A DNA stretch of 64,000 bases. It comes from Candidatus Bathyarchaeota archaeon (lineage in GTDB: Archaea > Thermoproteota > Bathyarchaeia > Bathyarchaeales > Bathycorpusculaceae). Where the stretch lies: the NCBI GenBank assembly GCA_963717465.1, contig OY970340.1, forward strand, positions 640,001 to 704,000. The letters run 5' to 3'. The translations under genes were made by a program, and so were the position numbers. The notes below the pieces were generated by a model. It was not told where the DNA came from and searched no databases. It saw nothing but the letters and a program-made list of their open reading frames with translations. Of this stretch, positions 63,421 to 64,000 are shown piece by piece. Position 1 is the first letter of the stretch, and the number at the start of each line of letters is the position of its first letter.

Positions 63421-63918
63421 TTGTTTGATGGCGGCGGTCAAGGGCAAATGCGCCAAAGGCTTCGTTGGGTAATCGAAAAGTTTCGACAAAAAGGAGCCAC
63501 AAGCCCTGATAAAGCCATGACTATTCAGGAACTCGAGTTGCCGCCGCGGTTTGAAGTAGCAATGCATCGTAGGCTTGGGCAGTTAGGCATTTTTGTTGAG
63601 GTAAACGGCAAATACTATTTGGATGAGGCAAAGCTTAAGCAAATTCAAGAGGAACGGGCAAAGGCAGGATATGGACGCAATAATGTAGGTGGATATGGAA
63701 GGCCAAATCAACCTTCATGGTACCGGGTTGTTGGAATTTTGCTTATGCTGCCCATCGGAATCATTGTCGCCATTGTGCTGGTTTATTTTTTTGCCTTTAA
63801 CGGCGGTTGGTTTCCAGGGGAAATTCTACTAATATTGCTGGTTATTGCGTTGATTTTAGCTGTGGCTAGACTGCTTTTATGGAGATCAAGATGGCGGTAC
63901 ATGCGTGGATACTTGTAA
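63421..63918 (+). CDS. Hypothetical membrane protein (soluble N-domain, Gly-rich linker, two TM helices)
   Basis: FRQKGATSPDKAMT..EL.L...GIFVEVNGKYYLDE, then two hydrophobic helices. Confidence 0.75.
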   Translation: MFDGGGQGQMRQRLRWVIEKFRQKGATSPDKAMTIQELELPPRFEVAMHRRLGQLGIFVEVNGKYYLDEAKLKQIQEERAKAGYGRNNVGGYGRPNQPSWYRVVGILLMLPIGIIVAIVLVYFFAFNGGWFPGEILLILLVIALILAVARLLLWRSRWRYMRGYL

Positions 63919-64000
63919 TTAATAGTGTAAGCGTGGTTTCTTAACTTAAGTGGGGCTTACTTTGACTTTTGACGGTATTAAATTGTATATTTATCGATAA

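Overview
Archaeal chromosomal segment, most likely Bathyarchaeia (inferred from PolD DP1/DP2 together with TACK-type Elf1, a short RFC-L and eL22-like proteins). It is mostly core information-processing genes: RFC, GINS, MCM, PriS/PriL, PCNA, PolD, Orc1/Cdc6, RNAP subunits, ribosomal and translation factors, and tRNA modification. A clear replication origin (three 23-bp ORB boxes plus AT-rich tracts, about 46.7-47.2 kb) lies next to cdc6. Beside the origin are three uncharacterised genes: a wHTH protein, a membrane-anchored coiled-coil wHTH protein and an HTH-like protein. They are interleaved with three dense clusters of (T)GTGA(T/C/A) half-sites and palindromes, making this the best candidate for an undescribed origin-tethering, segregation or regulation system. 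An accessory island (about 14.7-23.4 kb) carries decayed tRNA fragments, a tRNA-repeat-flanked AbrB/VapC module, a hairpin-flanked haloalkane-dehalogenase-like gene and duplicated eL22-like genes. Many essential genes are broken by single-base indels, most likely sequencing or assembly errors, so they are reported as joined CDSs. No intact tRNA/rRNA, CRISPR array, integrase or transposase was seen. All calls come from reading motifs by eye; no searches were run.
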